From an uncultured bacterium (GTDB taxonomy: Bacteria > Chlamydiota > Chlamydiia > Chlamydiales > VFKH01): a DNA stretch of 64,000 nucleotides. Shown here piece by piece: positions 19,207 through 29,115 of the stretch. The notes beneath the pieces were generated by a model that was given only the letters and a program-made list of their open reading frames with translations, did no database searches and was not told the origin of the DNA. Both the position numbers and the translations under genes were made by a program. The stretch spans positions 399,383 through 463,382 of the forward strand of contig CAZVVT010000001.1 of assembly GCA_964630595.1 (NCBI GenBank), written 5' to 3'. The first letter of the stretch is position 1; each line of letters opens with the position of its first letter.

Positions 19207-19977
19207 ATGGCTGCTGTGAGTGGATTAGCCTTACTCAATATCTACGAAAGACGCATTACGAATTCTGCAAACCCTACAGCAGAAATAGATCGCTGTTTAG
19301 CGGAAATTGCTGCACTTGAATCCAGAGAAGAGCTCTCTCCTTCCGATGCAGCAGCCCTACGAGGGCGAGTCACAGCATTTCGCAAAGATCAATCCTGGGG
19401 ATGGAGCAGTGTTGCTTTGGCTGTTGCTGGCGTTGCAGGAGCAGCGCTTGCAGCACTTGCTTTCCTAAGAAGCGGGGCGAGTGTTGCAGCCAGCAGTGGG
19501 CACGTGGCCGCAAGGGCACATCCTGTAATTCATACTCTTTCACGTGTACCTGGAGCGATTCGCACTATCAACCAGCTACGCGGGCTCTTTTTTGGTTCAC
19601 CTTCCACTGCTCCTAGGCCATACATGCTAGCTTTCGAAGCTAACTCAAGGGGTCTTTCCGGGGCAACGGTTTTTCGAACTGCCGATCGCATGCCAAGCGA
19701 AGGCGTTGGACGTGGTGACATGGCCTGTGTTCCGGTGCCCGTTCCTTTTGAATTAGCTCCGGCCATTACAGTACCTCCACCCATGTTTACACCGCCCGCG
19801 CCGCTCATGCCAAGACTTCCCGATCTTCACGATGCACTTAAAGAAGCGGAGAGATTTTTAGATCACCCCCCACATCGTCACGAAGATCATGATGGGCATG
19901 GCACCGAGTGGGGCGCGGGCGGAAGCGGAGGCACCGACCGATATGAAGGCAATATCAATCCAAGCGACAGAGGCTGA
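19207..19977 (+). CDS. Hypothetical protein with a hydrophobic segment and a Pro/His-rich C-terminus
   Basis: 256-aa ORF with the hydrophobic segment WSSVALAVAGVAGAALAALAFL, a Pro-rich stretch (VPVPVPFELAPAITVPPPMFTPPAPLMPRLP) and a His-rich tail (HPPHRHEDHDGHG). It is divergent from 18207..19085 across an AT-rich 121-bp spacer. Confidence 0.55.
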   Translation: MAAVSGLALLNIYERRITNSANPTAEIDRCLAEIAALESREELSPSDAAALRGRVTAFRKDQSWGWSSVALAVAGVAGAALAALAFLRSGASVAASSGHVAARAHPVIHTLSRVPGAIRTINQLRGLFFGSPSTAPRPYMLAFEANSRGLSGATVFRTADRMPSEGVGRGDMACVPVPVPFELAPAITVPPPMFTPPAPLMPRLPDLHDALKEAERFLDHPPHRHEDHDGHGTEWGAGGSGGTDRYEGNINPSDRG

Positions 19978-20883
19978 TTACTTAGGAAACGGGAAGACCT
20001 TGAGGTCTTTCGCGACGTCAGTGCTCGGGAAGATAGCGCGGGCTTCGTCGAGGAGTGCTTTGGTGTCCTGGTAACGGGCGGAGAAGTGGGTGAGGACGAG
20101 CTGCTGGGCACCGGCGTCGCGGGCGATGGTGGCGGCCTGCTTGGCGGTGAGGTGGCGGTGGTCGCGGGCTAGCTCGCGGTGCTCTTCCGTGTAGGTGCTT
20201 TCACAAAGAAAGAGACGGGCGCCTTTGGCGAGGCGGGTGGCGGCTGCGCAAGGGAGCGTGTCGATGACAACCGCAAGGGTATCGCCGGGACGGATCCAGG
20301 AGACCTCGTCCAAAGTGATGGTTGTCCCATTGATCGTGATCGATCCGTTTCTCTCGAGTTCTTTGACAGCAGGACCGCGAATGCCGAAATGTTCGAGCTT
20401 TTCGCGGCTCCATTTACGCGTCTCTTTTTCCGTGATGCGCCAGCCCAGATTATCAACGCCGTGGTTGAGGAAGTCCGCTTCAATGCGGAAATGGCCATCG
20501 TCATGCACCAGACCCGCTTTTTCCACTGGATGTTTGATGACCTTGATGCGCTCATGGTAGATCGTACCGTAGCGCAGCCGCTCAAAGTAGGCTTCGCCGC
20601 TGGCAGGATAGTAGCAATGGATCTCATGATCCACGTTGTCCAAATTGAGCCGCATGAGCATCGAGCCCAGGCCGAGGCAATGGTCGCCGTGGAAGTGAGA
20701 GATGAAGATGCGGTTGACGACGGGCGGAGCGACGTTGGCAAAGATGAACTGGCGCTGTGTGCCCTCACCGGGATCAAAGAGCAGCCCCTCGTCATTCCAG
20801 CGGACCAGGTAGGCGCCGTGGTTGCGGAAGCGGGTGGGTTGCTGGGATGAGCAGCCGAGGATGATCAGATCACGAACGCTCAT
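19978..20883 (-). CDS. rnz: Ribonuclease Z (metallo-beta-lactamase fold)
   Basis: ORF 19978..20907. I prefer the start [11 protein letters not shown] at 20883. It has the HxHxDH motif [12 protein letters not shown] and C-terminal [10 protein letters not shown]. The stop abuts the stop of the convergent ORF 19207..19977 with 0 nt between them. Confidence 0.82.
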   Translation of the reverse strand: MSVRDLIILGCSSQQPTRFRNHGAYLVRWNDEGLLFDPGEGTQRQFIFANVAPPVVNRIFISHFHGDHCLGLGSMLMRLNLDNVDHEIHCYYPASGEAYFERLRYGTIYHERIKVIKHPVEKAGLVHDDGHFRIEADFLNHGVDNLGWRITEKETRKWSREKLEHFGIRGPAVKELERNGSITINGTTITLDEVSWIRPGDTLAVVIDTLPCAAATRLAKGARLFLCESTYTEEHRELARDHRHLTAKQAATIARDAGAQQLVLTHFSARYQDTKALLDEARAIFPSTDVAKDLKVFPFPK

Positions 20884-21610
20884 ACACTCCTGCGAGGGCG
20901 CCGGCAAGGGCCCCGGTGATATGCGCCGTGTTGGCCAGGCCCGTAGTCAACTCCGAACCCACAAGAAAAAAGAGCGTCTGCAGCAGTGCAGAGCCCGAAA
21001 CAAAGACGGCAATCATCAAGATGGTGACTTTAGGAACAGGCCAGTAGTCATGACGTTTGCGCACCCAGATATAGCCCACAAGGCCCGTGATGATGCCGGA
21101 GAGACCCAGAAAGTTAGCGCCACTCATCATGTATTGGCAAATATTGGAAAAGAGAGCGACGAAGAGGATGAGGGCTAAAAACCGCATGAAGCCGAGGCGT
21201 TGCTCTACGAGAGTGCCGAGAAAAAAGAGCCAGAGAATGTTGAAGAAGAGGTGCATGAGATTGCCATGCAGCACGGCAGGGGTGAACAAACGCCAGACTT
21301 GTCCTTGACGAATCGATTCGAAGAGAGGTCCTGTAGGAGCCTGTTTGGTGATGACGTCGTAGAGGCCAGGCCAGACAGGGGTGACTGCGATCTGTGACAA
21401 GAGCGCTGGATTTTTTGTCTCCGCCCACTGCTCAATCAACTGATCGCGCAAGGGAAAGTCGAAGAGAAGAGCGCGATCTACAGGCGGCAGTGACGCAGCG
21501 GACTGCGTCCACAGCACGGGTTGTCCTTCAAGAGAGGGCGCTGTGTAGACACCGAGTGCAAAGAGAGCGCTCGCGACCAAAATCAAAAGCAGCGTCACGG
21601 GTGTCTTCAT
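20870..21610 (-). CDS. Rhomboid-family intramembrane serine protease
   Basis: 246-aa polytopic ORF with [14 protein letters not shown] (H/N motif) and the catalytic GLSGIITGL (GxSG). Confidence 0.8.
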   Translation of the reverse strand: MKTPVTLLLILVASALFALGVYTAPSLEGQPVLWTQSAASLPPVDRALLFDFPLRDQLIEQWAETKNPALLSQIAVTPVWPGLYDVITKQAPTGPLFESIRQGQVWRLFTPAVLHGNLMHLFFNILWLFFLGTLVEQRLGFMRFLALILFVALFSNICQYMMSGANFLGLSGIITGLVGYIWVRKRHDYWPVPKVTILMIAVFVSGSALLQTLFFLVGSELTTGLANTAHITGALAGALAGVYERS

Positions 21611-22101
21611 AAAGCTTTGATCCGTTCAATAATCGACGAAGTAGAAAGACCGGGCACCAGCGGCACAATCACGAGCTGCGCACCAATCTTTTTCACCGTC
21701 TCCGCTTCGATGCAGTCGCTGCCCCAATCCGCTCCGTTGACATGCACCTGAGGACGCACTGTTTCGAGAAAGCGGCGAGGATCGGTCTCTTCAAACCAAG
21801 TCACGTAATCGACAAATTCCAGCGCTGCCATCATCTGCAAACGGTATTCCAATGCAATGATGGGACGTTTGGGGCTCTTATATTTCTGAATCGAAGCATC
21901 GCTATTCAACGCCACCAAAAGCACATCCGCTTGCTGAGAGGCTTCAAAGATGATCTGCAAATGACCGGCATGGAGCAGATCAAAAGAGCCATTCAGCGTA
22001 GCCAGACTTTTTCCGCCCAGACGCTGTGAAAAGCTTCCCAGATCTTTGGGATGAACCAGCTTTTTTTCAAAAAACGATTGAAAAGACGTCACGGTAATCA
22101 C
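21607..22101 (-). CDS. Cytidylyltransferase-family nucleotidyltransferase (RfaE domain II / TagD-like)
   Basis: 164-aa ORF with the HxGH signature in LNGSFDLLHAGHLQIIFEA and C-terminal STSSIIERI (ISTT-like). Confidence 0.75.
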   Translation of the reverse strand: MITVTSFQSFFEKKLVHPKDLGSFSQRLGGKSLATLNGSFDLLHAGHLQIIFEASQQADVLLVALNSDASIQKYKSPKRPIIALEYRLQMMAALEFVDYVTWFEETDPRRFLETVRPQVHVNGADWGSDCIEAETVKKIGAQLVIVPLVPGLSTSSIIERIKAL

Positions 22102-24475
22102 TCACAAAGTGGAATTTCAGCCCTTTCTTCACTGCGGCAGGCAACTCTTGTACATCACGCTCATTCTCTTTGGGGAGAATGATGCGCTGCAGACCGGCGC
22201 GCTTCGCCGCCATCAGCTTCTCTTTGATGCCGCCTACGGGAAGGACTTTCCCCGTAAGAGTCATCTCCCCCGTCATCGCTACGGAAGAAAGGGGCGCCTT
22301 CTTCATCAACAACGACAGCAAAGCTGTCACCATCGTTACTCCTGCAGAGGGACCATCTTTGGGAACTGCTCCCTCCGGCAGGTGGATGTGGATCGACTGC
22401 TTTTCAAAGAACTGCGACTTCGGTGCAAACTGTTTGAACTGGCTCGAGACATAACTCCAGGCGATCTCGGACGACTCTTTCATCACCGAACCCGCCTGGC
22501 CCGTCATGTGCAGTCCATTTTTCTCCGCCGCCGTCGCCATCGCTTCCACGTAGATGGTCGATCCGCCCATCGATGTCCATGCAAGACCGCACGTCACACC
22601 AATGGGCAACTTCGGATAGAGACGATCTGATGTGAAAGGAGGCAGTCCAAGCCACTTGGAGAGCTCTTCTACCTTAATCGTAACGGTCTCTTCTCCCGAC
22701 ACAATCTTCACGGCAGCTTTGCGCACAATGCGCTTGATCGCGTTCTCCAGGCCACGTAGACCCGATTCACGTGCCCAACTGCGCACGATTTCCTTCACCG
22801 CTTCCTTTTCTATCTTCAACTGCGTCTGTTGAATACCCGCCTCTTTCAAATGCTTCGCAATCAGAAAGCGCGTGGCAATCACCACCTTCTCTTCTTCCAA
22901 ATACCCAGAGAGCCGAATGACTTCCATACGGTCTTTCAAAGGCTCCGGAATCGAATCGGTCATGTTTGCCGTCGTCACAAAAAGCACCTTGGATAGGTCC
23001 ACCGGCACATCTAAATAGTGGTCGAGAAATTCCCTGTTCTGTTCCGGATCGAGCACTTCCAACAAAGCCGATCCAGGATCCCCCTGAAACGAGCTTCCCA
23101 TCTTATCGATCTCATCGATCAACACGACAGGATTCATCGACTGTGTCAGTTTCATCGCCTGAATCAACTTGCCCGGCATCGCCCCCACGTAGGTGCGACG
23201 ATGGCCTTTAATTTCAGCCTCATCACGCATGCCGCCCACAGAGAAGCGGAAGAATTTGCGCCCGAGTGCTTTAGCCACACTCTTTGCAATCGATGTCTTG
23301 CCCACACCAGGAGGCCCTACCAAGCAGAGAATGCTGCCCTTCACACCACCGGAGAGCTTGCCTACGCTCATGAATTCGAGAATGCGCTCTTTCACATCAC
23401 TCAAACCGTAGTGATCCTCTTCCAGCACCTTTTTGGCGTGTACCAAATCGAAATTGTCTTCCGTTGTTTTGCCCCAAGGCATCACTGTCAGCCAATCAAC
23501 GTACGAAGAGCGCACAGCATATTCCGAAGAGGTCGGCTCTAGACTCCCCAAAATTTCCAACTCTTCTTGAATGGTCTTTGCGATCGATTCAGGAACAACG
23601 CGCTCTTTCAAACGCGTTTCATATTTACTCAAATCGTGCCCACGCACACCCTCAAGACCCAATTCTTTCTTGATTGTCTTAAGCTGCTCTTTCAGAAAAA
23701 ACTCGCGCTGATTTTTGGTAAACGAAGACTCCACCTTCTTGTGGATATCGCTTTGCATCTGCCCCAGGTCGATCTCTTTGCGCAACAAAATCAGCACCTT
23801 CTCCACGCGCTGCTCGATGTCGACTGTCTCAAGAATATCCTGTAGTTCATCGCGGGAAGCTGTGGTCAGCGAAGCGGCAAAGTCCGCCAGCTTGGCGCTC
23901 TCGGTAAAGTCAGAGTGGCTCAAGAAAATCTGCAGCTCTTCTTTGAAGAGCGGATTGAGTTTGAGCAACTCCTTAATAGCGGAAACGATGCTGATGGAAT
24001 AGGCCTTGAGTCGATCACTGGAGGTCTTAGGCTCGTCTAAAGGTACTCCTTGCGCTGTGATCAGTTCTCCGGCGCTGTCCCACTCATTGATCTGCAAGCG
24101 TTGGTCGACAGTGACCACCACCTGTGCCGCATGGCCGCCTGAGCTGGGAATGATGCGCAAAATGCGGGCAATGACCCCAAAGTTGTGTAAATCTTCTTTT
24201 TTGAGCTTCTTGAGGCTAACGTCTTCCTTCTTCGTCAACACCAACGCCACCAACCGCTGCTTAGACTGCGAAAGAGCCTTTAAGGCTTCGTAGTAGGGCC
24301 CTTTTTCAATCATCAGGGGGGTCGCCATGCCCGGGAAAAGGGGCCTTTTGACCAGGGGAAAAACCGTCAGGGGGCTCAAACGATCGGCCAGGACAGATTC
24401 ATCTTCTGCTTGGAGGGCTTGAACGATCTCTTCTTGCAACGCTTCGAAATCTAAATCTTCGGTTGTGCTACTCAT
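22067..24475 (-). CDS. lon: ATP-dependent Lon protease
   Basis: 802-aa ORF with a LON N-domain, AAA+ Walker A LCLVGPPGVGKTS, Walker B VVLIDEIDK and the protease-domain catalytic Ser context PKDGPSAGVTMVTALLS. Confidence 0.95.
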   Translation of the reverse strand: MSSTTEDLDFEALQEEIVQALQAEDESVLADRLSPLTVFPLVKRPLFPGMATPLMIEKGPYYEALKALSQSKQRLVALVLTKKEDVSLKKLKKEDLHNFGVIARILRIIPSSGGHAAQVVVTVDQRLQINEWDSAGELITAQGVPLDEPKTSSDRLKAYSISIVSAIKELLKLNPLFKEELQIFLSHSDFTESAKLADFAASLTTASRDELQDILETVDIEQRVEKVLILLRKEIDLGQMQSDIHKKVESSFTKNQREFFLKEQLKTIKKELGLEGVRGHDLSKYETRLKERVVPESIAKTIQEELEILGSLEPTSSEYAVRSSYVDWLTVMPWGKTTEDNFDLVHAKKVLEEDHYGLSDVKERILEFMSVGKLSGGVKGSILCLVGPPGVGKTSIAKSVAKALGRKFFRFSVGGMRDEAEIKGHRRTYVGAMPGKLIQAMKLTQSMNPVVLIDEIDKMGSSFQGDPGSALLEVLDPEQNREFLDHYLDVPVDLSKVLFVTTANMTDSIPEPLKDRMEVIRLSGYLEEEKVVIATRFLIAKHLKEAGIQQTQLKIEKEAVKEIVRSWARESGLRGLENAIKRIVRKAAVKIVSGEETVTIKVEELSKWLGLPPFTSDRLYPKLPIGVTCGLAWTSMGGSTIYVEAMATAAEKNGLHMTGQAGSVMKESSEIAWSYVSSQFKQFAPKSQFFEKQSIHIHLPEGAVPKDGPSAGVTMVTALLSLLMKKAPLSSVAMTGEMTLTGKVLPVGGIKEKLMAAKRAGLQRIILPKENERDVQELPAAVKKGLKFHFVSDYRDVFSIVF

Positions 24476-24537
24476 AAAAACGCTCTAGTTTACCGCGATT
24501 GCTCCCATTCCTGCAATGTAGTATGCTTGCCCAGCAA

Positions 24538-25041
24538 ATGAAACGAATCTTGTTCATTGATGCCTCTTTTGAGCAGGGGCTCATTGCCTTTGGCGATCAG
24601 ACCCGCACCTTTGACGCCCGCTTTGGTGGTTCCAACCAGATCGCCTCCTTGGTTGCTGACATCATGACGGAAACCCCCGACATCATCGCCTATGGCGAGG
24701 GCCCTGGCTCCTACACCGGCCTACGGGCCGCCGCCGCCTTCGCCATGGGGCTGAGCTGCGCCCTCAACCGCCCCCTGGTTGCCGTCCCCTTTCTTGCCGC
24801 CTTCCCCTTGCCCTGCCTGCTCGATGCCAAAAGTGGCGGCATCTGGGCCTACATCGAAGACCAGGGGATAAAAATTTCTTTAGAGAAGGCGCAAGGCCTC
24901 ACCGGCCCCCTCTTTTCGCCCCAACCGCTCTCGCAGCGCTTGGAGCGACCCATCGAGCCCGCTTCCTTCGACCTCAAGAAGCTCTACGAACTCATTCAAA
25001 ACAGACCCGCCTGTACAAATATTTCTTTGAACTATGTCTAA
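24538..25041 (+). CDS. tsaB: tRNA t6A biosynthesis protein TsaB (YeaZ)
   Basis: Within ORF 24499..25041 I prefer the ATG at 24538 (MKRILFIDAS). The conserved segment GEGPGSYTGLRAAAAFAMGLSCALNRPLVAV is present. Confidence 0.75.
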   Translation: MKRILFIDASFEQGLIAFGDQTRTFDARFGGSNQIASLVADIMTETPDIIAYGEGPGSYTGLRAAAAFAMGLSCALNRPLVAVPFLAAFPLPCLLDAKSGGIWAYIEDQGIKISLEKAQGLTGPLFSPQPLSQRLERPIEPASFDLKKLYELIQNRPACTNISLNYV

Positions 25042-25960
25042 CTACTTAGTCCTTGCGTACTACTACTTTGGCCCCATCGCCGACCCTCAAGCACTGGTTG
25101 CTGCCCACAAAGCTTTTTTTGCCGGACGCGATGTAGCCGGGCGCATCTACATTTCTCATGACGGCATCAATGGCCAGATGAGCGGCATCAAGGCAGATGC
25201 CGAAGCCTTCATGCAGTGGCTGCAGACCCAAATTCCCTCGATTGAATTCAAGATTCACCAGTGGCACGAAAACGTCTTTCCTCGCATGACGGTGAAGGTG
25301 CGCAAACAGCTCGTTGCCATCGACAAACCCGTCGATCTCGATAAGAAAGGGACCTATCTCTCTCCTCAACAATGGCGTGCTGCACTCGAAGGCGAGCGCG
25401 ACTTTCTGCTTCTCGACGTACGCAACAACTACGAATCCGAAGTGGGTACTTTTGAGGGCGCCGTCTGTCCTCCTCTGGAAACGTTTCGCGACTTTCCCGC
25501 CTATGTGCAATCTCTGAAAGAACAGATCGACCCAAAGACGAAAGTGCTGATGTTCTGCACCGGCGGCATTCGCTGCGAGCTCTTCTCTTCCCTCATGAAA
25601 GAGGAGGGTTTCGACAATGTGCAGCAGCTCCACGGAGGGGTCATCCAATACGGTCTTGAAGAGGGCGCCAAACATTGGAAGGGCAAGCTCTTCGTTTTCG
25701 ATGACCGTCTAACAATTCCTATCGGCGAAAGCTCTGCCATCAGCTCCTGCCACAAGTGCGGATGTGCGGAAGACACTTACTACAACTGTGCTAACATGGA
25801 TTGCAATGAGCTCTTTGTCTCCTGCAGAGAGTGTGCCACAGCCCTGGCCGGTTGCTGCAGCACGAAATGTAAAAGCGGACAACGCCTGCGTCCTTACAAT
25901 CCCGACCAGACTCCCAAGCCTTTCCGCAAAAAACACCTACTCTGTGGATGTAACCTCTAA
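25034..25960 (+). CDS. trhO: Rhodanese-domain tRNA uridine(34) hydroxylase TrhO (UPF0176/YceA)
   Basis: 308-aa ORF with YYYFGPIADPQ...GRIYISHDGINGQMSG, the rhodanese active-site loop MFCTGGIRCE and a C-terminal Cys cluster. Confidence 0.85.
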   Translation: MSNYLVLAYYYFGPIADPQALVAAHKAFFAGRDVAGRIYISHDGINGQMSGIKADAEAFMQWLQTQIPSIEFKIHQWHENVFPRMTVKVRKQLVAIDKPVDLDKKGTYLSPQQWRAALEGERDFLLLDVRNNYESEVGTFEGAVCPPLETFRDFPAYVQSLKEQIDPKTKVLMFCTGGIRCELFSSLMKEEGFDNVQQLHGGVIQYGLEEGAKHWKGKLFVFDDRLTIPIGESSAISSCHKCGCAEDTYYNCANMDCNELFVSCRECATALAGCCSTKCKSGQRLRPYNPDQTPKPFRKKHLLCGCNL

Positions 25961-27300
25961 TGCAAACCGCTGCCGCCATTGCTCTCTACTTCACCTTTCT
26001 GCTGATCATCGCTCTCGTGGCATGGAGAAAGCGCTCCTCCAATGATTTTCATTTGGGTGGACGGAATCTAAATTTCTATCTAACTGCTTTTTCCGCGCAC
26101 GCTAGCGACATGAGCGCGTGGCTCATCATGGGTTATCCCGCCGCCGTCGCCATCTCCGGCATCGGCAGCACCTGGACAGCGGTCGGACTCCTCTTCTTCA
26201 TGTATGTCAACTGGCAGTTCATCGCTCCCAAAATCCGCCGCGCCACAGAAGCGCACAACAGCTCCACCCTCTCCTCTTTTTTCGCCAGCCACTTTCAAGC
26301 AAAGGGCATCCGCATCCTTTCGGCCATCATGGCCTTCTTTTTCTTCACGATCTACCTCTCTGCGCAGCTCGTGGGCCTGGGAGAAATCTTCGGCAGCCTC
26401 TTTCACATCCCCTTTTCCTCCGCCATCTCCATCGGCATCGTCATTGCCCTGATCTATCCGCTCATCGGTGGCTATCTCACCCTTGCGTGGACTGATCTCT
26501 TCCAAGGCCTCTTCCTCCTCGCGATGATCATCATGGTGCCTCTCCACCTGCTCGGACAGGGAGCAACACTTTCTTTGCCTTCTTATTCCATCCACTGGAC
26601 GCAGGCGCTCTTTTTGGCCTGTGGATGGGGTCTGGGCTACTTTGGGCAACCTCACATCATCACGAAGTTCATGGGCATCCGCCATGTGCACGAGATGCAC
26701 AAATCGAAATGGGTGGGCATCAGCTGGATGACCCTCGCTCTCGCTGGCGCTACCCTCGTTGGCCTGCTTGGTTACGGCAGCCCCAACCCCGAGATGATCT
26801 TTGCTGACATGGTGCAAAGCCTCTACGCCCCCTTCTTCGCGGCTTTTATCCTCTGCGCCGTCCTCGCGGCCACGATTTCGGTCATGGGCTCTCAAATGCT
26901 TGTGCTCACCTCCAGCCTCACAGAAGACTTCTGGAAGCGATTCGACCCTCGCGCCTCCGACCGCAAACTCCTGCTCGTCTCCCGCCTCGGCATCATCGCC
27001 TTCGCCCTGATCGCCTTCGTTATCGCCTACTACAAGATCTCCTCCATCTACACCCTCGTCTTCTACGCCTGGACCGGCCTGGGCTGCAGCTTCGGCCCCC
27101 TTCTCATCCTCTCCCTCTATAGCAAATCGGTCACCAAAGCCGGCGCCTACTTCGCCATCCTCTTCGGCGGCCTCTTCGCTGCCGTCTGGCCCCTCATCAA
27201 CCACCAGCTCCTCCCCTCTCTCGAAATCCCCGCCATGCTCCCCGGCTTCGCCTTTAGCCTAATCGGAACTCTGCTCGTCTCTCGCCTTTTCAAAAGATGA
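25960..27300 (+). CDS. Sodium:solute symporter family transporter (PutP/PanF-like)
   Basis: 446-aa ORF with ~12-13 hydrophobic segments. The N-terminal segment NDFHLGGRNLNFYLTAFSAHASDMSAWLIMGYPAAV is typical of SSF transporters. Confidence 0.8.
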   Translation: MQTAAAIALYFTFLLIIALVAWRKRSSNDFHLGGRNLNFYLTAFSAHASDMSAWLIMGYPAAVAISGIGSTWTAVGLLFFMYVNWQFIAPKIRRATEAHNSSTLSSFFASHFQAKGIRILSAIMAFFFFTIYLSAQLVGLGEIFGSLFHIPFSSAISIGIVIALIYPLIGGYLTLAWTDLFQGLFLLAMIIMVPLHLLGQGATLSLPSYSIHWTQALFLACGWGLGYFGQPHIITKFMGIRHVHEMHKSKWVGISWMTLALAGATLVGLLGYGSPNPEMIFADMVQSLYAPFFAAFILCAVLAATISVMGSQMLVLTSSLTEDFWKRFDPRASDRKLLLVSRLGIIAFALIAFVIAYYKISSIYTLVFYAWTGLGCSFGPLLILSLYSKSVTKAGAYFAILFGGLFAAVWPLINHQLLPSLEIPAMLPGFAFSLIGTLLVSRLFKR

Positions 27301-28310
27301 AATTTATTGTTCCTCCACCTCCACCATCCTCAGCGCAAAAAACGCTCATTGTTTTTGGAGCTGGGGCGAGCAATGGATCAGAGGATAGCTCTCTAGATCA
27401 ACCCCCTTTAATGAAGGATGTCCTCAGTAAATTCGCTCCTGTATTTCCGAAAACCTGGGGTTTAATTTCCGCAAATCCCACATACCGCGAGATCTTCGAA
27501 GACAACTTCGAAAAAGGAATGAGTCAGCTGCTCAATGATGGTTCTGATTTTGCAATTCAGTGCCACAGAGATTTGGCTCGTGGATTCTTCAACTATATTC
27601 CTAGTTCGAAGAGCTTATACCGAATTTTAGTTAATAAAATAAAAGCAAAGGGCATATCGAACTTTTCTCTCATTTCCCTAAATTATGAACGGTGTTTACC
27701 GATAGCTTTAGCGGAAGAAGGAATCGAGGTCTATGCTTCGATCAATAACAGCTCCTCGTTACAAGTGGCATCCAGCAGCATTTCGAGTGCTTGTGGCTCA
27801 ACTGAGCTACTACTTCCCCACGGCTGCTGTCACCTGTTTGCCGGGCCTATCTTCAATAAAGGAAAAACAACGTTTTCACCAGAAACTTTCCTACGATTTA
27901 GCAAGGGAGGACAACATAAATCTACGTCAACTAATTCTTGGGTCTCTGGAGATATTTCTGGCGAGGGAAACATTTGTTTTGCTCACGATAACTCCTCATT
28001 CCTGACTGAAATCTGCCAAAGAAACCCAGTCATGTCTTATATCACGGGAAACAAAAGCTCCCACGCTGGCCATAGTTTCTTAGATTTCCAGCGCCAGAGA
28101 ATCTTTGAGGTTGCTCAAGATGCAACAAAAATTGTCCTGATCGGTATTAATTATCAAGAGCACGATGACCACATTTGGCTCCCATTTCAGCAATCAAAGA
28201 CTGCGGAAAAATTTCAATTTGGCGGAAAGGTGGTTCCTGGTTTCAAAAAAATCCAAACTTATTTTGATGCTGACGGATACAAAGACGTGCTTAATTGCAT
28301 TTTATCTTGA
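27297..28310 (+). CDS. SIR2_2-like protein (putative NAD-dependent enzyme), AT-rich gene
   Basis: 337-aa ORF with four spaced motifs resembling the SIR2-like (SIR2_2) family: KTLIVFGAGASNGS, LISLNYERCL (TTNYD-like), LLLPHGCCH (KxHG-like) and KIVLIGINYQEHDDHIW (hhFhGYSxxD-like). The ATG overlaps the symporter stop (ATGA). Local G+C is far below the neighbours. Confidence 0.55.
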   Translation: MKFIVPPPPPSSAQKTLIVFGAGASNGSEDSSLDQPPLMKDVLSKFAPVFPKTWGLISANPTYREIFEDNFEKGMSQLLNDGSDFAIQCHRDLARGFFNYIPSSKSLYRILVNKIKAKGISNFSLISLNYERCLPIALAEEGIEVYASINNSSSLQVASSSISSACGSTELLLPHGCCHLFAGPIFNKGKTTFSPETFLRFSKGGQHKSTSTNSWVSGDISGEGNICFAHDNSSFLTEICQRNPVMSYITGNKSSHAGHSFLDFQRQRIFEVAQDATKIVLIGINYQEHDDHIWLPFQQSKTAEKFQFGGKVVPGFKKIQTYFDADGYKDVLNCILS

Positions 28311-28311
28311 G

Positions 28312-29115
28312 CTAGCAAAATGCTTTCTTTCTCTTCAGCACAGTCTTGATGGTGAACTTTCTTGGATCGAGCCCCTCTTTCACTTCGCTCCAAGCCAGCG
28401 GCGTGGAAACTGTAGCTCCGGGCTTAGCACGAACAGAATAAGGGGCGACCACCGTCTGCATGGGGCGGTTTTGGAGAAAGTCGATGTAGACTCTCTTCTG
28501 TCGCTTCTTGGGAAGACGTTCCAGTGAGGTACTATCCGGAAGACGCTCGTGCGCCTCTTGTGCAATTTCTTTCGCAAGGGCTCGTACCTTGTCGTAGCTC
28601 ATCGCTTTTTTTAGCGGCACATAGATGTGCAAGCCGCGCGAACCGGAGGTTTTGCAATAACTGCGCAGCTTCCTCTCTTCGAGAATGGTGTGCAGCACCT
28701 GCGCTGTCTTGACAACAGCACTAAAAGAAATCGCTTCTGGATCAAGATCGAGAATAAGATAGTCCGGCGCTTTCAGTTTTTTTGCTTTGGCGCTAAAAGG
28801 ATGCAGTTCGATGCACCCCAAATTCACCACGTACAATAGTGTGTCGAGGTTGTTGACGACGATGTACTCAATCGTGCGCGCTTCATGCTTTACCTTAACG
28901 CGCTTTACAAAAGAGGGCGGATTCGCCGGGCATTCCTTCTGATAAAAGCTGACCCCTTCCACACCTTCTGGAAAGCGGTGCATCACTAAAGGACGGTCTT
29001 TGAGATGGGGCAAAAGACGCGGAGCAACGGCTTTGTAATACTTCAACAGATCACCCTTCGTGATCTTTTCTTTCTTCCAGTACAGTTTCTGCGTATGCGT
29101 AGGCTGGAATTTCAT
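28312..29115 (-). CDS. LigD polymerase/primase (AEP) domain protein
   Basis: 267-aa ORF. Matching segments are KLYWKKEKITKGDLLKYY..VAPRLLPHLKDRPLVMHRFPEGV..FYQKE and YLILDLDPE (the DxD metal site). The ATG overlaps the ligase stop (ATGA). Confidence 0.85.
   Translation of the reverse strand: MKFQPTHTQKLYWKKEKITKGDLLKYYKAVAPRLLPHLKDRPLVMHRFPEGVEGVSFYQKECPANPPSFVKRVKVKHEARTIEYIVVNNLDTLLYVVNLGCIELHPFSAKAKKLKAPDYLILDLDPEAISFSAVVKTAQVLHTILEERKLRSYCKTSGSRGLHIYVPLKKAMSYDKVRALAKEIAQEAHERLPDSTSLERLPKKRQKRVYIDFLQNRPMQTVVAPYSVRAKPGATVSTPLAWSEVKEGLDPRKFTIKTVLKRKKAFC

Noticed and set aside
26080-27204. 374-aa minus-strand ORF rich in D/E/G/A, antisense to the sodium:solute symporter gene
   Set aside because: The plus-strand frame encodes a coherent 12-13-TM SSF transporter. 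The antisense product is low-complexity with no motif. It is a typical shadow ORF of a GC-rich third-position-biased gene.
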